NCBI GenBank assembly: GCA_028710695.1
Contig: JAQTTP010000003.1
Coordinates: 1 to 32,000 of the forward strand
From: Candidatus Iainarchaeum sp.
GTDB taxonomy: Archaea; Iainarchaeota; Iainarchaeia; Iainarchaeales; 0-14-0-20-30-16
Reading direction: 5' to 3'
Length of the DNA stretch: 32,000 nt
Both the position numbers and the translations under genes were made by a program. The notes under the pieces were generated by a model. The model was given only the letters and a program-made list of their open reading frames with translations, was not told where the DNA came from and made no database searches. Shown one piece after another: positions 1 through 9,679 of this stretch (the stretch's first letter is position 1; each line of letters starts with the position of its first letter).

Positions 1-1
1 T

Positions 2-3000
2 AATACTGGATACAATAATGCGGGATATAACACGGGATATGGAAATAATTCAGCATATAACTATCAACCAGGATTAACAGAAGATTATTATTCAAACATG
101 GGCAATTATGTTAACCCTAATTCAAGCATCTACAACAGCCCATCTTATGGAAGTTATACTTCTGGCGGAAGTGCAATTAACTTTATGCCATCAACAATAC
201 AAGTTCTAGCTCCTGGACAGGCAACAATGCTTCAAGGATATATTAATACTCCATCAACATCAAAGCAAACAGAACAATATTATGGAATACAAGCAAGAGG
301 AACAATACAAGGAATTAACCAACAAATATCTGCAAATGGATACCTTGTGATACATGTTTCTCCAGATAAGTGTATTACTCTAAAACAGAAACAAGATAAG
401 TTGACTTACATAAGCGAAACTTTAGGAAAAGAAATTGCAAGATCTTTCACATTAGTGAATAATTGTGCAGAGGCAGTATCAATAACTGGGACAAGCGAAA
501 CAGAATTATTTGGAAACAAAGTAGTTTTATCTGCACCAAATGGAACTACAATTGAATTGGGACAAGAAAAAGAATTTATTTTAACAGTAACTGCAAGCAA
601 AGAAATTTCAAGAGACAACACAGTATTTGTTAAAGGTATTCTTGGTGTAAGCCAAAGCCCATTTAATATTTCATTATTAGTTAATTTGAGATTTGGTGGT
701 GGTGCATTAACTGGAACTGGTGAAGCAACAGTAACAGATCAGAAACAATTGAAAGATTGTGTTACTGGAAATGAAACATCAGTATTCTATCCAAGAATCA
801 CAACTGCTGATTGTTCTACAATGGGTTATTGTGACAGTGAATCAATGTCAAAATATTTGATTGCAAAAATAAAATATTATTTAGAAGTGTATAATAAAAA
901 ATTGACAACAATAAATAACAAATTACAAAATACAAATTGTGAAGTTGGGTCTACTTCCTGTTCATTTGAAGACTTTGGTTTAGAGCCATTAGAATTAGAA
1001 GTTTATTTTTCAAATGATAAATTAACACAAGCTCAGATGGATAACGACTTAAAGAAAATTAATATTGGTCTAATACAAACAGCAATAACTGATGGCGTAG
1101 AATTAACAGAAGTAACATCTACCTGGACGAAAAAATTGTATTTAGATAAGCAACTTGAGGGTTGTGGAAAATATAGTTTAAAAATTACTGGTGCTGTGCA
1201 AGTAATTAATAATGATATAATACAAAAAGACAGTTACAACATGTATGTTCAAGTTTTGAAAAAAGAAAAAACATCTCAATGTGAATTGAAAGTTCAAAAC
1301 GCTTTGAATTATTTGCCAAAAGATACACAAACAAAAAAAGACAATGCATTTGGTTTAAGGCCAGGATACATTGATTATGAAACAACAGATTTAGAGTCAA
1401 TTGGTCAAGAAGTTTCGAAGCATGTATTTAATCAAGATAGATTTTTGAAATCAAGACCTAATACATTATTCTTGAAAAGAGATTCTGTTGCGGAAGGAAA
1501 TTTAGTTGAATTTGAAATAGCACAAAAAGGAACTGATGTAATAACTACTGTAAAGATAAATAAAAATTTGGATATTGGAAATGAAGCCATAGAAAAAGAT
1601 GTTGTAAAAGCAATAACTGGTTTCTTAAATGGAAACTTTGATGGTTGTATTGTAAATACTGGTGAAGGAGTTCCAAACTCCGCAAAAGTAAAATCTGGGA
1701 CTGGCGGTTTAAGTGGAAAAACTAAAGTACCTGGCGAAAAAGAAATTTATGCCGGAGACATAAAATTAGGTGTTTGTAGTAAATTGCCTTTAGGAAAAGG
1801 AACCTGGAAATGTGATATTACAGTTGAATCACAATCTTTGGGAGAAGTAGATTTGTTCTTAACATATCCTGAAGACACTGGCTTGGAAGCATACTTTGAT
1901 TCTAAAGGCGAAAAAACAAAGACACTACAACTAACAAAAGAAGGAAATAAAAGTATTGGAAAAGCAAAAATAAATGTCGAAATTACTGACGCATTCAAAG
2001 TTAATTCTGGTGCAAACAGTGATAGTTCAGGATTATTTTATTATGCGGAAAGAGAAGGAATAAAGACAGAACCAATAAGAATTGCATTTGATGCAGAATG
2101 TGGAATAACTGCACAAACATTTGTGAATGCATTAATGGTTGATATTGGAAAAAATGAAAAAGATTTCAAAGAGTACGCCTTGATTTATGAAAAAGGTGTT
2201 GAGAGTAGAGATACCTGTGAAATCTTTACTGCCTTTGTAAAAGAGGGTTCTCAGTTAGGAGATAAAAGTATTTTTAATGTGGATTTTAAAGGATCAAAGA
2301 AATATGCGACTATAAACTATCCTGATTGTCCATTACAGCAAAAAAGTGTTGTTGCCGCATTGACAAGTAATGCAACAGACCCAACAAAGCTTGGGGCTGC
2401 AACTGCTGCAGGAATGACTGCTTGTATGGTTACAGAAAAATGGATACTGAAATTTTTAGGTCCAATTGGATGGGCTGGAGCAGCATTAGATTGTGGAATA
2501 TTTATGGGTATTAATGTTGGAACAGAATACTATAAAGCCCACAGAATAAATGCAGAAGCAGGAATATCTGAAAAGAATTGGACAGATTCAGTTCATGATG
2601 GATTAGCATCTGTGCCGATTTTGGGAACAATTTTGGGTCTAGAAGATTATTCTAATATAGATGATGAAATTGCACAGATGAAAGAAGAGCAATCATTTGT
2701 TGAAGCTGGAAAAGAAGGGGTATGGGACCAGAAAGAAGAGCAAGGATTGGCAGCAGTGTTGCTTTCATTGAGAAAAGCAAAATCAACTGTTAAACCCGAA
2801 GAAACAACAGTTCCAGAGCCAGAGACTCCAACTACTACTGAGCCTCCGACAACAACAGAACCTCCAACAACAGAGGAGCCACCTGTAGAACCAGAAGAGC
2901 CAGCACCAACAGAAGAACCTCCAAAGGCAACATTTGATCAAGCTAGTTTGGATCAAGCAAATGCGGATCTTGCTACTGCAAAAACAGAATTGGATTCTGC

Positions 3001-5923
3001 ACAAACTGTGGCAGCAGATGCAAAGAATAAAGTTGATTTGAAATCAGGAGAATTGGAGGCAGCAAATAAAAGCGTGGCTGATGCAGAAACAATATATTCT
3101 GATGCAAAAGATAAAACAAAGATAATACAAGCAGAATTGGATGATATTGAAAATGCTTTAAAAAATAATCCTGATTTAGTAAAGAAAAGAAACATTACTG
3201 AAATATTTGAAGAAAGTATGGGCAAGTCCGAGGTCTCTTTGCAAGGTGCAAAAGAAAGATTAGCTGTTACTGTTGCAGAAGAACAAGCAATGTTATCTAA
3301 AATTGATATTCTTGAAAAACAATTAGCGACCGTGACACAATTTGCTCCTGAAGAAATGATTAATGTACAGAATCAAATTGATTGGGCAAAAACACAACAA
3401 CAACTTATTGCAAATCTTAGAGAGACAAGAGAGGGCGTAGTAAAAACTATACAATCTAGTTACGATTCTGCAAAGATAAGTTACGAATCCGCACTAGCAG
3501 ACGAAAAAACCTTATTTGAGTCTTTGAAAAACACAGAAGGACAAAAAATAATTGATAAGCTAACAGTTGCACAAACTGCAGAAGCAGATGCCTTGAAAGT
3601 AGTTGAAACTGCCCAACAGGGTGTGGCTAATGCAGATGACAGTTTAAAAGCAGCAAAAACAGCTCAGAGTACTGCAGATAAAGCAGTAAAAGTTGCTGAA
3701 TCAAAAGTTAAAGTTGCTGAAACTAAAGTAAAGAATCTTGAAATGGCAAAGAACTTAATTGAACACCCAGGATTAACTAATGAAAGATTGAATACTTTAA
3801 CACAAGAGTTAGATGAAATGGATTCCCTTGCAAAAGAGGGAAGAAAGTATGCAAAGGGCACTGAACAAAGAGCAGCATATGCTGCAGAAATAGATGCAAA
3901 AGCCCAGAAGATACATACCTTGTATACTGAATTAGAACCTGAGCTTAAGAACCTTTCAAAGGCTGGTGGAAAGAAACAAGGAAAAGCAGTAATTGCAGCC
4001 TACAAAAAGTTGGGTTTAGAAGGAGCAGGTAAAGAATCTGGCCTAATATTTAAGAGTAGTTTTGGAGAAAAAATAATTGCAAATGAAAGTTTAACAAGTG
4101 AAATAGGAAATGTTAAAGCCGCAGTTAAAGCAAAAATCAGTCCAACACCAATAACTCCTGCGAAAGCAACAATAGATAAAGCAAAATTAGGACAAACTGG
4201 AAAAACAAATGTACCTGACAAGGTGAAAACTACTAAGCCTGCAAAAGCAAAAACACCTTCAAAGCTTAAAACAACTATAAAATCCGGTGCATCAAGAACA
4301 TGGAATTTTATGAAAGGTTTGGGTCAGAGCATTGGTGGTGGTGCAGCAGGAACATTTGCATTCTATGGGATGTTGGACTGGATGCTTGAAACTTCAAAGC
4401 TTCAGATGGTTGTAATAAATGTTGATGCTCCAAAGCAGTTGTATAACTCAACAGGATACACTGGTGCAGTAACCCCATATCTAAATGATGCAAGAACATT
4501 GAAAATATACGAAGGATCTGATGGAAATCAAATTGATAATTGTGGATCATATGGAATCCAAACTGGATTCAAAGAAGCATCAGGAAAGCTTGGCGAAGGA
4601 AGTAAAGAAGATACAAATGTTGGAAAAGGTACAACTGGCGGAGCAGGATTTAGTTCTGAACCAACAGATTATGATGCTTGGATTATAGAAGCAGCAAATA
4701 ATGCAAATAAGAAGGGCGGAATACCTTTAGAACCAGAATTCTTTAAAGCAATTTTAAAATACGAATCAGGATCTGAATTTAGCCCAAATGTAATTTCTAG
4801 TACTGGCTGTTCTGGACTTGGGCAGATTTGTATGAGTAGTGCAATTCAAGAATTTATAAAAGTGCAGTGTAAGCAAAATAAATCTGATGGTCCAAAGAAA
4901 TGTGATACTACTACTTGTAAGGATAGCGACGATTATATTTGGTGTGAGCCTTGTGCTGATGACGGACCAAATTGTGTTCAAGATGACAGATTTGATCCTT
5001 ATAAAAATTTGATGAGCTCAGCAATAACTGTAAAAGGAAAAATAGATTCTGTTGGAGATTGTGGAACTGATAGAATTATGGCTTGGGCAGCAGCATATAA
5101 TATGGGTCAGAAGTGGGTTAAATTAGCTATAGCAAAGAATGGCGGAAATTGTAATGATTGGCCAAATGAAACTTGGTTTAAATTAAAAGAAGTTTCTGAT
5201 GAAAGTAATGGTGAACTTACTGCAGCAAAAATTGCAAACAAAAAAGGAGACTTTACAAATACTTCCAGCGATTATGTTGCAAAAATTAATAATCAATATC
5301 TTGCTTACAAAGGAAGCGGAATAGGATCTGGAGATACCCAAACAGCAAATAATTCTGCAGAAAATAAACCAATAGAAACTTGTGATCAGATTATGTTAGT
5401 TGGAGATTCTTTAACTGAGGGTTATTCGGAAGAGTTTGAAGATAGTTGTCCCGGGGTAGAAGTCTGTGCGGAAAGTGGAAAAAGCACAACTTGGATGGCA
5501 GAGAATTGTTTTACTAACGAAAAATTAGCAAATAAAAAATATGTTGTAATTATGGGTGGAGTTAATAATATTGATACTCCTGATAAAGTTAAATCAGATT
5601 TAGCAAAAATGTATTCCATAGCAAACCAAAAAGGAATTAAAATTTTAGCATTGACAATAATGCCTTGGAAAGGATCAAGTGGCTGGACAGAAGCAGAACA
5701 ACAATATACAGAAAATGTAAATGAGTGGATAAAATCTGCACAGATAAATGGACAAGTTTTGGACACCTATGCTTTGTTTAATGATGGCTCTGATGAATTG
5801 AACGAAAATTACTCAACAAGCGGAAAATTACATTTAAATGAACAGGGGTATGCTGTGCTTTCATCTCAAGTAAGTGGTGCACTTGTTGGTCTTGGAGCTG
5901 AAGGGCAAACACAACCTGCATAA
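2..5923 (+). CDS. Very large secreted/surface protein, 5'-truncated by the window edge; Gly/Tyr/Asn-rich N-terminus, Pro/Thr/Glu linker, long coiled coil, lytic-transglycosylase-like domain, C-terminal SGNH/GDSL hydrolase-like domain
   Basis: The frame of ORF 98..5923 is open back to base 2 (NTGYNNAGYNTGYGNNSAYNYQPGLTEDYYSN before the listed Met). Motifs: YESGSEFSPNVISSTGCSGLGQI and AAYNMG (SLT-like); IMLVGDSLTEG, VVIMGGVNNI and LHLNEQGY (SGNH blocks I, III and V). Confidence 0.85.
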   Translation, partial: NTGYNNAGYNTGYGNNSAYNYQPGLTEDYYSNMGNYVNPNSSIYNSPSYGSYTSGGSAINFMPSTIQVLAPGQATMLQGYINTPSTSKQTEQYYGIQARGTIQGINQQISANGYLVIHVSPDKCITLKQKQDKLTYISETLGKEIARSFTLVNNCAEAVSITGTSETELFGNKVVLSAPNGTTIELGQEKEFILTVTASKEISRDNTVFVKGILGVSQSPFNISLLVNLRFGGGALTGTGEATVTDQKQLKDCVTGNETSVFYPRITTADCSTMGYCDSESMSKYLIAKIKYYLEVYNKKLTTINNKLQNTNCEVGSTSCSFEDFGLEPLELEVYFSNDKLTQAQMDNDLKKINIGLIQTAITDGVELTEVTSTWTKKLYLDKQLEGCGKYSLKITGAVQVINNDIIQKDSYNMYVQVLKKEKTSQCELKVQNALNYLPKDTQTKKDNAFGLRPGYIDYETTDLESIGQEVSKHVFNQDRFLKSRPNTLFLKRDSVAEGNLVEFEIAQKGTDVITTVKINKNLDIGNEAIEKDVVKAITGFLNGNFDGCIVNTGEGVPNSAKVKSGTGGLSGKTKVPGEKEIYAGDIKLGVCSKLPLGKGTWKCDITVESQSLGEVDLFLTYPEDTGLEAYFDSKGEKTKTLQLTKEGNKSIGKAKINVEITDAFKVNSGANSDSSGLFYYAEREGIKTEPIRIAFDAECGITAQTFVNALMVDIGKNEKDFKEYALIYEKGVESRDTCEIFTAFVKEGSQLGDKSIFNVDFKGSKKYATINYPDCPLQQKSVVAALTSNATDPTKLGAATAAGMTACMVTEKWILKFLGPIGWAGAALDCGIFMGINVGTEYYKAHRINAEAGISEKNWTDSVHDGLASVPILGTILGLEDYSNIDDEIAQMKEEQSFVEAGKEGVWDQKEEQGLAAVLLSLRKAKSTVKPEETTVPEPETPTTTEPPTTTEPPTTEEPPVEPEEPAPTEEPPKATFDQASLDQANADLATAKTELDSAQTVAADAKNKVDLKSGELEAANKSVADAETIYSDAKDKTKIIQAELDDIENALKNNPDLVKKRNITEIFEESMGKSEVSLQGAKERLAVTVAEEQAMLSKIDILEKQLATVTQFAPEEMINVQNQIDWAKTQQQLIANLRETREGVVKTIQSSYDSAKISYESALADEKTLFESLKNTEGQKIIDKLTVAQTAEADALKVVETAQQGVANADDSLKAAKTAQSTADKAVKVAESKVKVAETKVKNLEMAKNLIEHPGLTNERLNTLTQELDEMDSLAKEGRKYAKGTEQRAAYAAEIDAKAQKIHTLYTELEPELKNLSKAGGKKQGKAVIAAYKKLGLEGAGKESGLIFKSSFGEKIIANESLTSEIGNVKAAVKAKISPTPITPAKATIDKAKLGQTGKTNVPDKVKTTKPAKAKTPSKLKTTIKSGASRTWNFMKGLGQSIGGGAAGTFAFYGMLDWMLETSKLQMVVINVDAPKQLYNSTGYTGAVTPYLNDARTLKIYEGSDGNQIDNCGSYGIQTGFKEASGKLGEGSKEDTNVGKGTTGGAGFSSEPTDYDAWIIEAANNANKKGGIPLEPEFFKAILKYESGSEFSPNVISSTGCSGLGQICMSSAIQEFIKVQCKQNKSDGPKKCDTTTCKDSDDYIWCEPCADDGPNCVQDDRFDPYKNLMSSAITVKGKIDSVGDCGTDRIMAWAAAYNMGQKWVKLAIAKNGGNCNDWPNETWFKLKEVSDESNGELTAAKIANKKGDFTNTSSDYVAKINNQYLAYKGSGIGSGDTQTANNSAENKPIETCDQIMLVGDSLTEGYSEEFEDSCPGVEVCAESGKSTTWMAENCFTNEKLANKKYVVIMGGVNNIDTPDKVKSDLAKMYSIANQKGIKILALTIMPWKGSSGWTEAEQQYTENVNEWIKSAQINGQVLDTYALFNDGSDELNENYSTSGKLHLNEQGYAVLSSQVSGALVGLGAEGQTQPA
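2790..2930 (+). repeat. Low-complexity Pro/Thr/Glu linker-coding tandem repeat
   Basis: Translated VPEPETPTTTEPPTTTEPPTTEEPPVEPEEPAPTEEPP; DNA repeats like gagcctccgacaacaacagaacctccaacaaca. Confidence 0.8.
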
Positions 5924-5955
5924 AAGGTTTAAACAAATATTGTGAGGGGCATTAT

Positions 5956-6435
5956 ATGGGTTCATTTTTCAGAAGATCTAAACATATTCTATCTCCTCGT
6001 GAAAGAGTAAGAGTAATAGCGCAAAATCATTTTAGAGACCAAAACTATTTTCACCATTTGGCGGAAATTGCAAGAAGAAGACAATTAATAGACGAAAAAC
6101 ATACAAAAGCCATAGATGAATTACAAAGAACTGAAAAACCAGCAAATAGGGCAGAAATGTCTACAAAAATAAGGCAAATTTTAATTCTACAAAACGAAAA
6201 ACTAATTGAACTGGTCCTTAATATGGCGGGAATTAGCAGAAAAAGAGAAATAATAGAAACCTGGAAAGAACTTGGCAGAGATTATTCTCCGAGGCCGTTA
6301 CATGACGCAAAGATAAACTTATTAATAAAAAGATTGCAAGAAAAAAAATTATTAACAGAACAAGGTGGGCAAAGAATTCGTTTGGCTTTTGAAGATTTTA
6401 AAAAAGCCGAAAAGCTTTGGCAGATAACTTTTTAG
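5956..6435 (+). CDS. Conserved-looking hypothetical protein, 159 aa, basic and helical
   Basis: Intact ORF between two same-strand genes, translation MGSFFRRSKHILSPRERVRV...; no family recognised. Confidence 0.6.
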   Translation: MGSFFRRSKHILSPRERVRVIAQNHFRDQNYFHHLAEIARRRQLIDEKHTKAIDELQRTEKPANRAEMSTKIRQILILQNEKLIELVLNMAGISRKREIIETWKELGRDYSPRPLHDAKINLLIKRLQEKKLLTEQGGQRIRLAFEDFKKAEKLWQITF

Positions 6436-6445
6436 AGTGATAATT

Positions 6446-7744
6446 ATGGCAGATAAAAGTGGAAACAAAATTACTTATTTTAAACCTATAAATGGAAAGC
6501 CAAGAACTGCTTTTGAGGATGGGTCTTGGAAAAATCCTAAACAAGAAGGGCCACTTGGAAAAATAAGGTGGAATAATTGGACACAAGGAACTATGGCAGT
6601 ACATGCTGGTGCTTTAAGGGGCGAAACAGGACCACATGTTTTTGTTCCAATGTATACTGGGACTACTTGTCCTGCGCTTACTTGTGGTGAACTTGCAAAA
6701 AGGTTTGCTAATGCTGGCGTAGACGGAAAAATGGGAAAAATTTATGCTAGATTTGGAACACAATCTGGTTTTGAATTAGAATGTATCTTGGCAGGAATGC
6801 ATGAATGTGGGGATGCCCTAGTTTTTGGAAGTGGGATGGCAGCAATAAGTCAGGTATTTTTATCTTTGGTGGCGGCAGGAGATAATGTTGTTGTGCATAG
6901 AACAATGTATGGTTGTACTGATGGATTGTGTAGCAAAATTTTGCCCGAACTTGGAATAGAAGTGAGATATGTTGATTTAAAAGATCCTAAAGTTCTTGGA
7001 GAAGCAATAGATGAAAGAACAAGAGCAGTTTTTTTTGAAACGCCTGCAAATCCTACATTAGATTTAATAGATATAAAGGCGGTTGTTAAAGAAGTTAAGA
7101 ATCGGTGCCCTGTTGTAGTAGATAACACTTTTGCATCACCCCTTGGTCAAAATCCTTTTGAGCAAGGCGCAAATGTTGTTGTGTACTCTATGACAAAATC
7201 TATAGGCGGACATAGCGATGCTTTGGGCGGAGCAATATTGGGCTCTGGGAAATTTATTGCAAATTTGTATCCCTTGAGAAATGATTTTGGGGGTGTTTTG
7301 CCAGCAAGAGAAGCAGCATCTTTTTTGGTTGGAATAAAAACACTGAAAATACGTTATGAAAAAATGCAAGAAAATGCAAGAGAGCTTGCAAAAATTCTAA
7401 AAAGTAACTCAAAAGTTGAAAAAGTATATTATCCTGAATTTGATAAATCTTATCCTTTGGATGGGCAGATGAAAGGCCCAGGGTATATGATTTCTTTTGT
7501 GCTAAAAGATGGCTTGGGAGCAGGAAAGAAATTTGTTGAGGGTCTTAGGTTAATAACTAATGCTGTAAGCTTGGGTGGAGTAGAATCTTTAGTTTGCCAT
7601 CCAGCAAGTACAACACATTCTGGAGTTAATGCTGAACAGAGAAAGGCCAAAGGTATTGTAGATGGGCTGATAAGATTCTCTGTTGGTTGTGAGGATTTGG
7701 GAGATCTAAAGAAAGACTTGCAAAAAGGGCTTGATTCTATTTGA
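6446..7744 (+). CDS. Cys/Met metabolism PLP-dependent enzyme (methionine gamma-lyase / O-acetylhomoserine sulfhydrylase / cystathionine lyase family)
   Basis: SGMAAISQVFLSLVAAGD, ETPANPTLDLIDI, VVDNTFASP, SMTKSIGGHSDALGG (PLP lysine), GGVESLVCHPASTTH. Start moved from GTG 6437 to ATG 6446. Confidence 0.9.
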   Translation: MADKSGNKITYFKPINGKPRTAFEDGSWKNPKQEGPLGKIRWNNWTQGTMAVHAGALRGETGPHVFVPMYTGTTCPALTCGELAKRFANAGVDGKMGKIYARFGTQSGFELECILAGMHECGDALVFGSGMAAISQVFLSLVAAGDNVVVHRTMYGCTDGLCSKILPELGIEVRYVDLKDPKVLGEAIDERTRAVFFETPANPTLDLIDIKAVVKEVKNRCPVVVDNTFASPLGQNPFEQGANVVVYSMTKSIGGHSDALGGAILGSGKFIANLYPLRNDFGGVLPAREAASFLVGIKTLKIRYEKMQENARELAKILKSNSKVEKVYYPEFDKSYPLDGQMKGPGYMISFVLKDGLGAGKKFVEGLRLITNAVSLGGVESLVCHPASTTHSGVNAEQRKAKGIVDGLIRFSVGCEDLGDLKKDLQKGLDSI

Positions 7745-7770
7745 TGGCTAGCAGAGAAAAAAAAAGCCCT

Positions 7771-7786
7771 GTTTTTTTATTTTTTG
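7771..7786 (+). terminator. T-rich terminator-like tract after the PLP enzyme
   Basis: gccctgtttttttattttttgc directly downstream of the stop codon. Confidence 0.4.
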
Positions 7787-7956
7787 CTTACTTTTAGACC
7801 TCAAAATATATATACTTGAAAGGCCATAATTGTATGCCAGTCAACAGTTTCGAACAAAAGGCAAAAAATACTAACCTTTAAAATACTTTTGGGCTATTTT
7901 TATAACATAACAAATCTTTTCAATCATTTTTAAAAATTCCTGCCGGGGGTATTTCA

Positions 7957-8190
7957 TTGTCAAATAAAGAAATTCTTAACCATAGCTTAGTGCCTAAATT
8001 TGAGATAATGTCTAAAGAAGATATAGAACTATTTCTAAAGGAAAAAGGATTAACAAAAAAAGAACTTCCTATTTTGAAAGAACTTGACCCTGTAGTTCCT
8101 CTCATAAATGCGAAGATAGGGGACGTAGTAAAAATAACTAGAAAGTCTGTATTTGTTGGGACTTATCTATATTATAGGGTTGTGGAGTGA
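7957..8190 (+). CDS. rpoH: DNA-directed RNA polymerase subunit H (Rpb5 C-terminal homolog)
   Basis: 77 aa; NHSLVPKFEIMSKEDIELFLKEKGLTKKELPILKELDPVVPLINAKIGDVVKITRKS; first gene of the RNAP operon; TTG start preceded by GGGGG. Confidence 0.95.
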   Translation: MSNKEILNHSLVPKFEIMSKEDIELFLKEKGLTKKELPILKELDPVVPLINAKIGDVVKITRKSVFVGTYLYYRVVE

Positions 8191-8195
8191 TTACA

Positions 8196-9668
8196 GTGAC
8201 ATATTGGCCTTTAGTTGAATCTTATTTTAAAAATACTGACTTAATTAAGCAAAATATTGAGTCTTATAACCTATTTGTAGAAAAAGAACTTCCGGAAATA
8301 ATAAAAGAAAATCAAAACATAGAATCAAAAGTTGGAAATGTAGAACTAGAATTAAGTAATTTACAGGTATTAAACCCACAAATTATTGAGGCAGACGGCT
8401 CAAGAAGAAACGATGTTTACCCTATGGAAATAAGATTGAGAGATAAGAGCTACACAGCTCCGATTTATGTTGATATAAGCCTTAAAAGAAAAGGTGTTGT
8501 TTACGACCATAAAAGAAGTTATATTGGTGATTTGCCAATAATGGTAAAATCAAATAAATGCTTATTAAATGGATTATCAAAAGAAGAATTAGTTGCTTTG
8601 GGAGAAGATGCAAGAGACCCGGGCGGATATTTTATAATAAATGGAAGCGAAAAAATAATTGTAAACCAAGAAATCCTGGCGGATAAAAGAATGTTAGTTT
8701 CCGATATGCAGAATGGAAAAGTTGCAGTTGATGTAATTTCAACAAAAGGGGCATTTAGGGGAAAGGTAAGAATTTTAAGAAACCCAAATGGTCTTTTAGA
8801 AGTTGCATTCCCCTCAAGTCCAAAGAAATTGAAATTATTTACCTTACTTAGGGCATTAGGATTGGAAACATTTGAAGAATTTTCAGCAGCTTTTTCTAAT
8901 AAATTAGAAGTAAAGAATGATGTTTTATTAAATTTTGAAAAAATGGGTGTTGAATCTGAAGAAGAAGCATTAGATAAAATAGGAAAATATGTTGCTCCTG
9001 GACAGATTGTAAGTTATAGATTAAGAAGAGCGCAAGAAGTAATTGACTCATTCTTATTGCCTCACATTGGTCAAGCACCACAGAAGAGATTAATGAAAGG
9101 ATATTATCTGGCAACAATGGCAGAAAGAGCAATTGAAAGAGCATATGGAAAAAGAACAGAAGATGATAAAGACAATTATATGAACAAAAAAATTGATATG
9201 AGTGGAAAACTTTTAGCTCAGCAATTTAGATATGCTTTCAAATTTTTTGTAAGTGATATAAAATTCCAGATTGACAGAAATATTGTAAGAAGAAGAAAAT
9301 TGAACATAAATACAGTAATAAGGCCAAGTGCTTTGACAGATAGACTTAATTTTGCAATGGCAACAGGAAGCTGGGCAGCAAGATTGCAAGGTGTTTCAAA
9401 GTATGTTGAAAAAATCAACTGGCTATCTAATTATATTGAATTAAGAAGAGTAAGATCAACTCTTGACAGAACTAGGGAAAACTATGAAGCAAGAGATGTT
9501 CATGGCTCAGCTTTGGGAAGAATTTGCCCAATACAAACTCCGGACGGACCTATGTGTGGTTTAGCAAAGAACTTAGCATTGATGTCAAAAGTTACAAATG
9601 AAATTGATTCTGATTCCGTTCAAGAAATTGTAACTAAATTAGGGGTTGTTGAAAGGAGCAAAAAGTAA
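8196..9668 (+). CDS. rpoB2: DNA-directed RNA polymerase subunit B''
   Basis: N-terminal half of the beta subunit: YFIINGSEKIIVNQE, FRGKVRI, GRICPIQTPDGPMCGLAKNLALM; GTG start at 8196 preceded by GGAGTGAT. Confidence 0.95.
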   Translation: MTYWPLVESYFKNTDLIKQNIESYNLFVEKELPEIIKENQNIESKVGNVELELSNLQVLNPQIIEADGSRRNDVYPMEIRLRDKSYTAPIYVDISLKRKGVVYDHKRSYIGDLPIMVKSNKCLLNGLSKEELVALGEDARDPGGYFIINGSEKIIVNQEILADKRMLVSDMQNGKVAVDVISTKGAFRGKVRILRNPNGLLEVAFPSSPKKLKLFTLLRALGLETFEEFSAAFSNKLEVKNDVLLNFEKMGVESEEEALDKIGKYVAPGQIVSYRLRRAQEVIDSFLLPHIGQAPQKRLMKGYYLATMAERAIERAYGKRTEDDKDNYMNKKIDMSGKLLAQQFRYAFKFFVSDIKFQIDRNIVRRRKLNINTVIRPSALTDRLNFAMATGSWAARLQGVSKYVEKINWLSNYIELRRVRSTLDRTRENYEARDVHGSALGRICPIQTPDGPMCGLAKNLALMSKVTNEIDSDSVQEIVTKLGVVERSKK

Positions 9669-9679
9669 CTGGTGGTACT

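Noticed and set aside
2790-2930. Tandem GAGCCTCC/ACAACA repeat considered as a CRISPR-like or regulatory repeat
   Set aside because: It is in frame and encodes a Pro/Thr/Glu interdomain linker; units are short and irregular with no spacers.
406-5766. Many 60-114 aa minus-strand ORFs antisense to the giant surface protein
   Set aside because: All lie wholly inside a long, domain-bearing + strand ORF. They have low-complexity or Phe/Ser-rich translations and look like shadow ORFs.
7745-7956. Possible small gene or ncRNA in the 210-bp gap before rpoH
   Set aside because: No ORF with support and no clear fold or C/D boxes; it looks like a terminator T-tract followed by an AT-rich promoter region.
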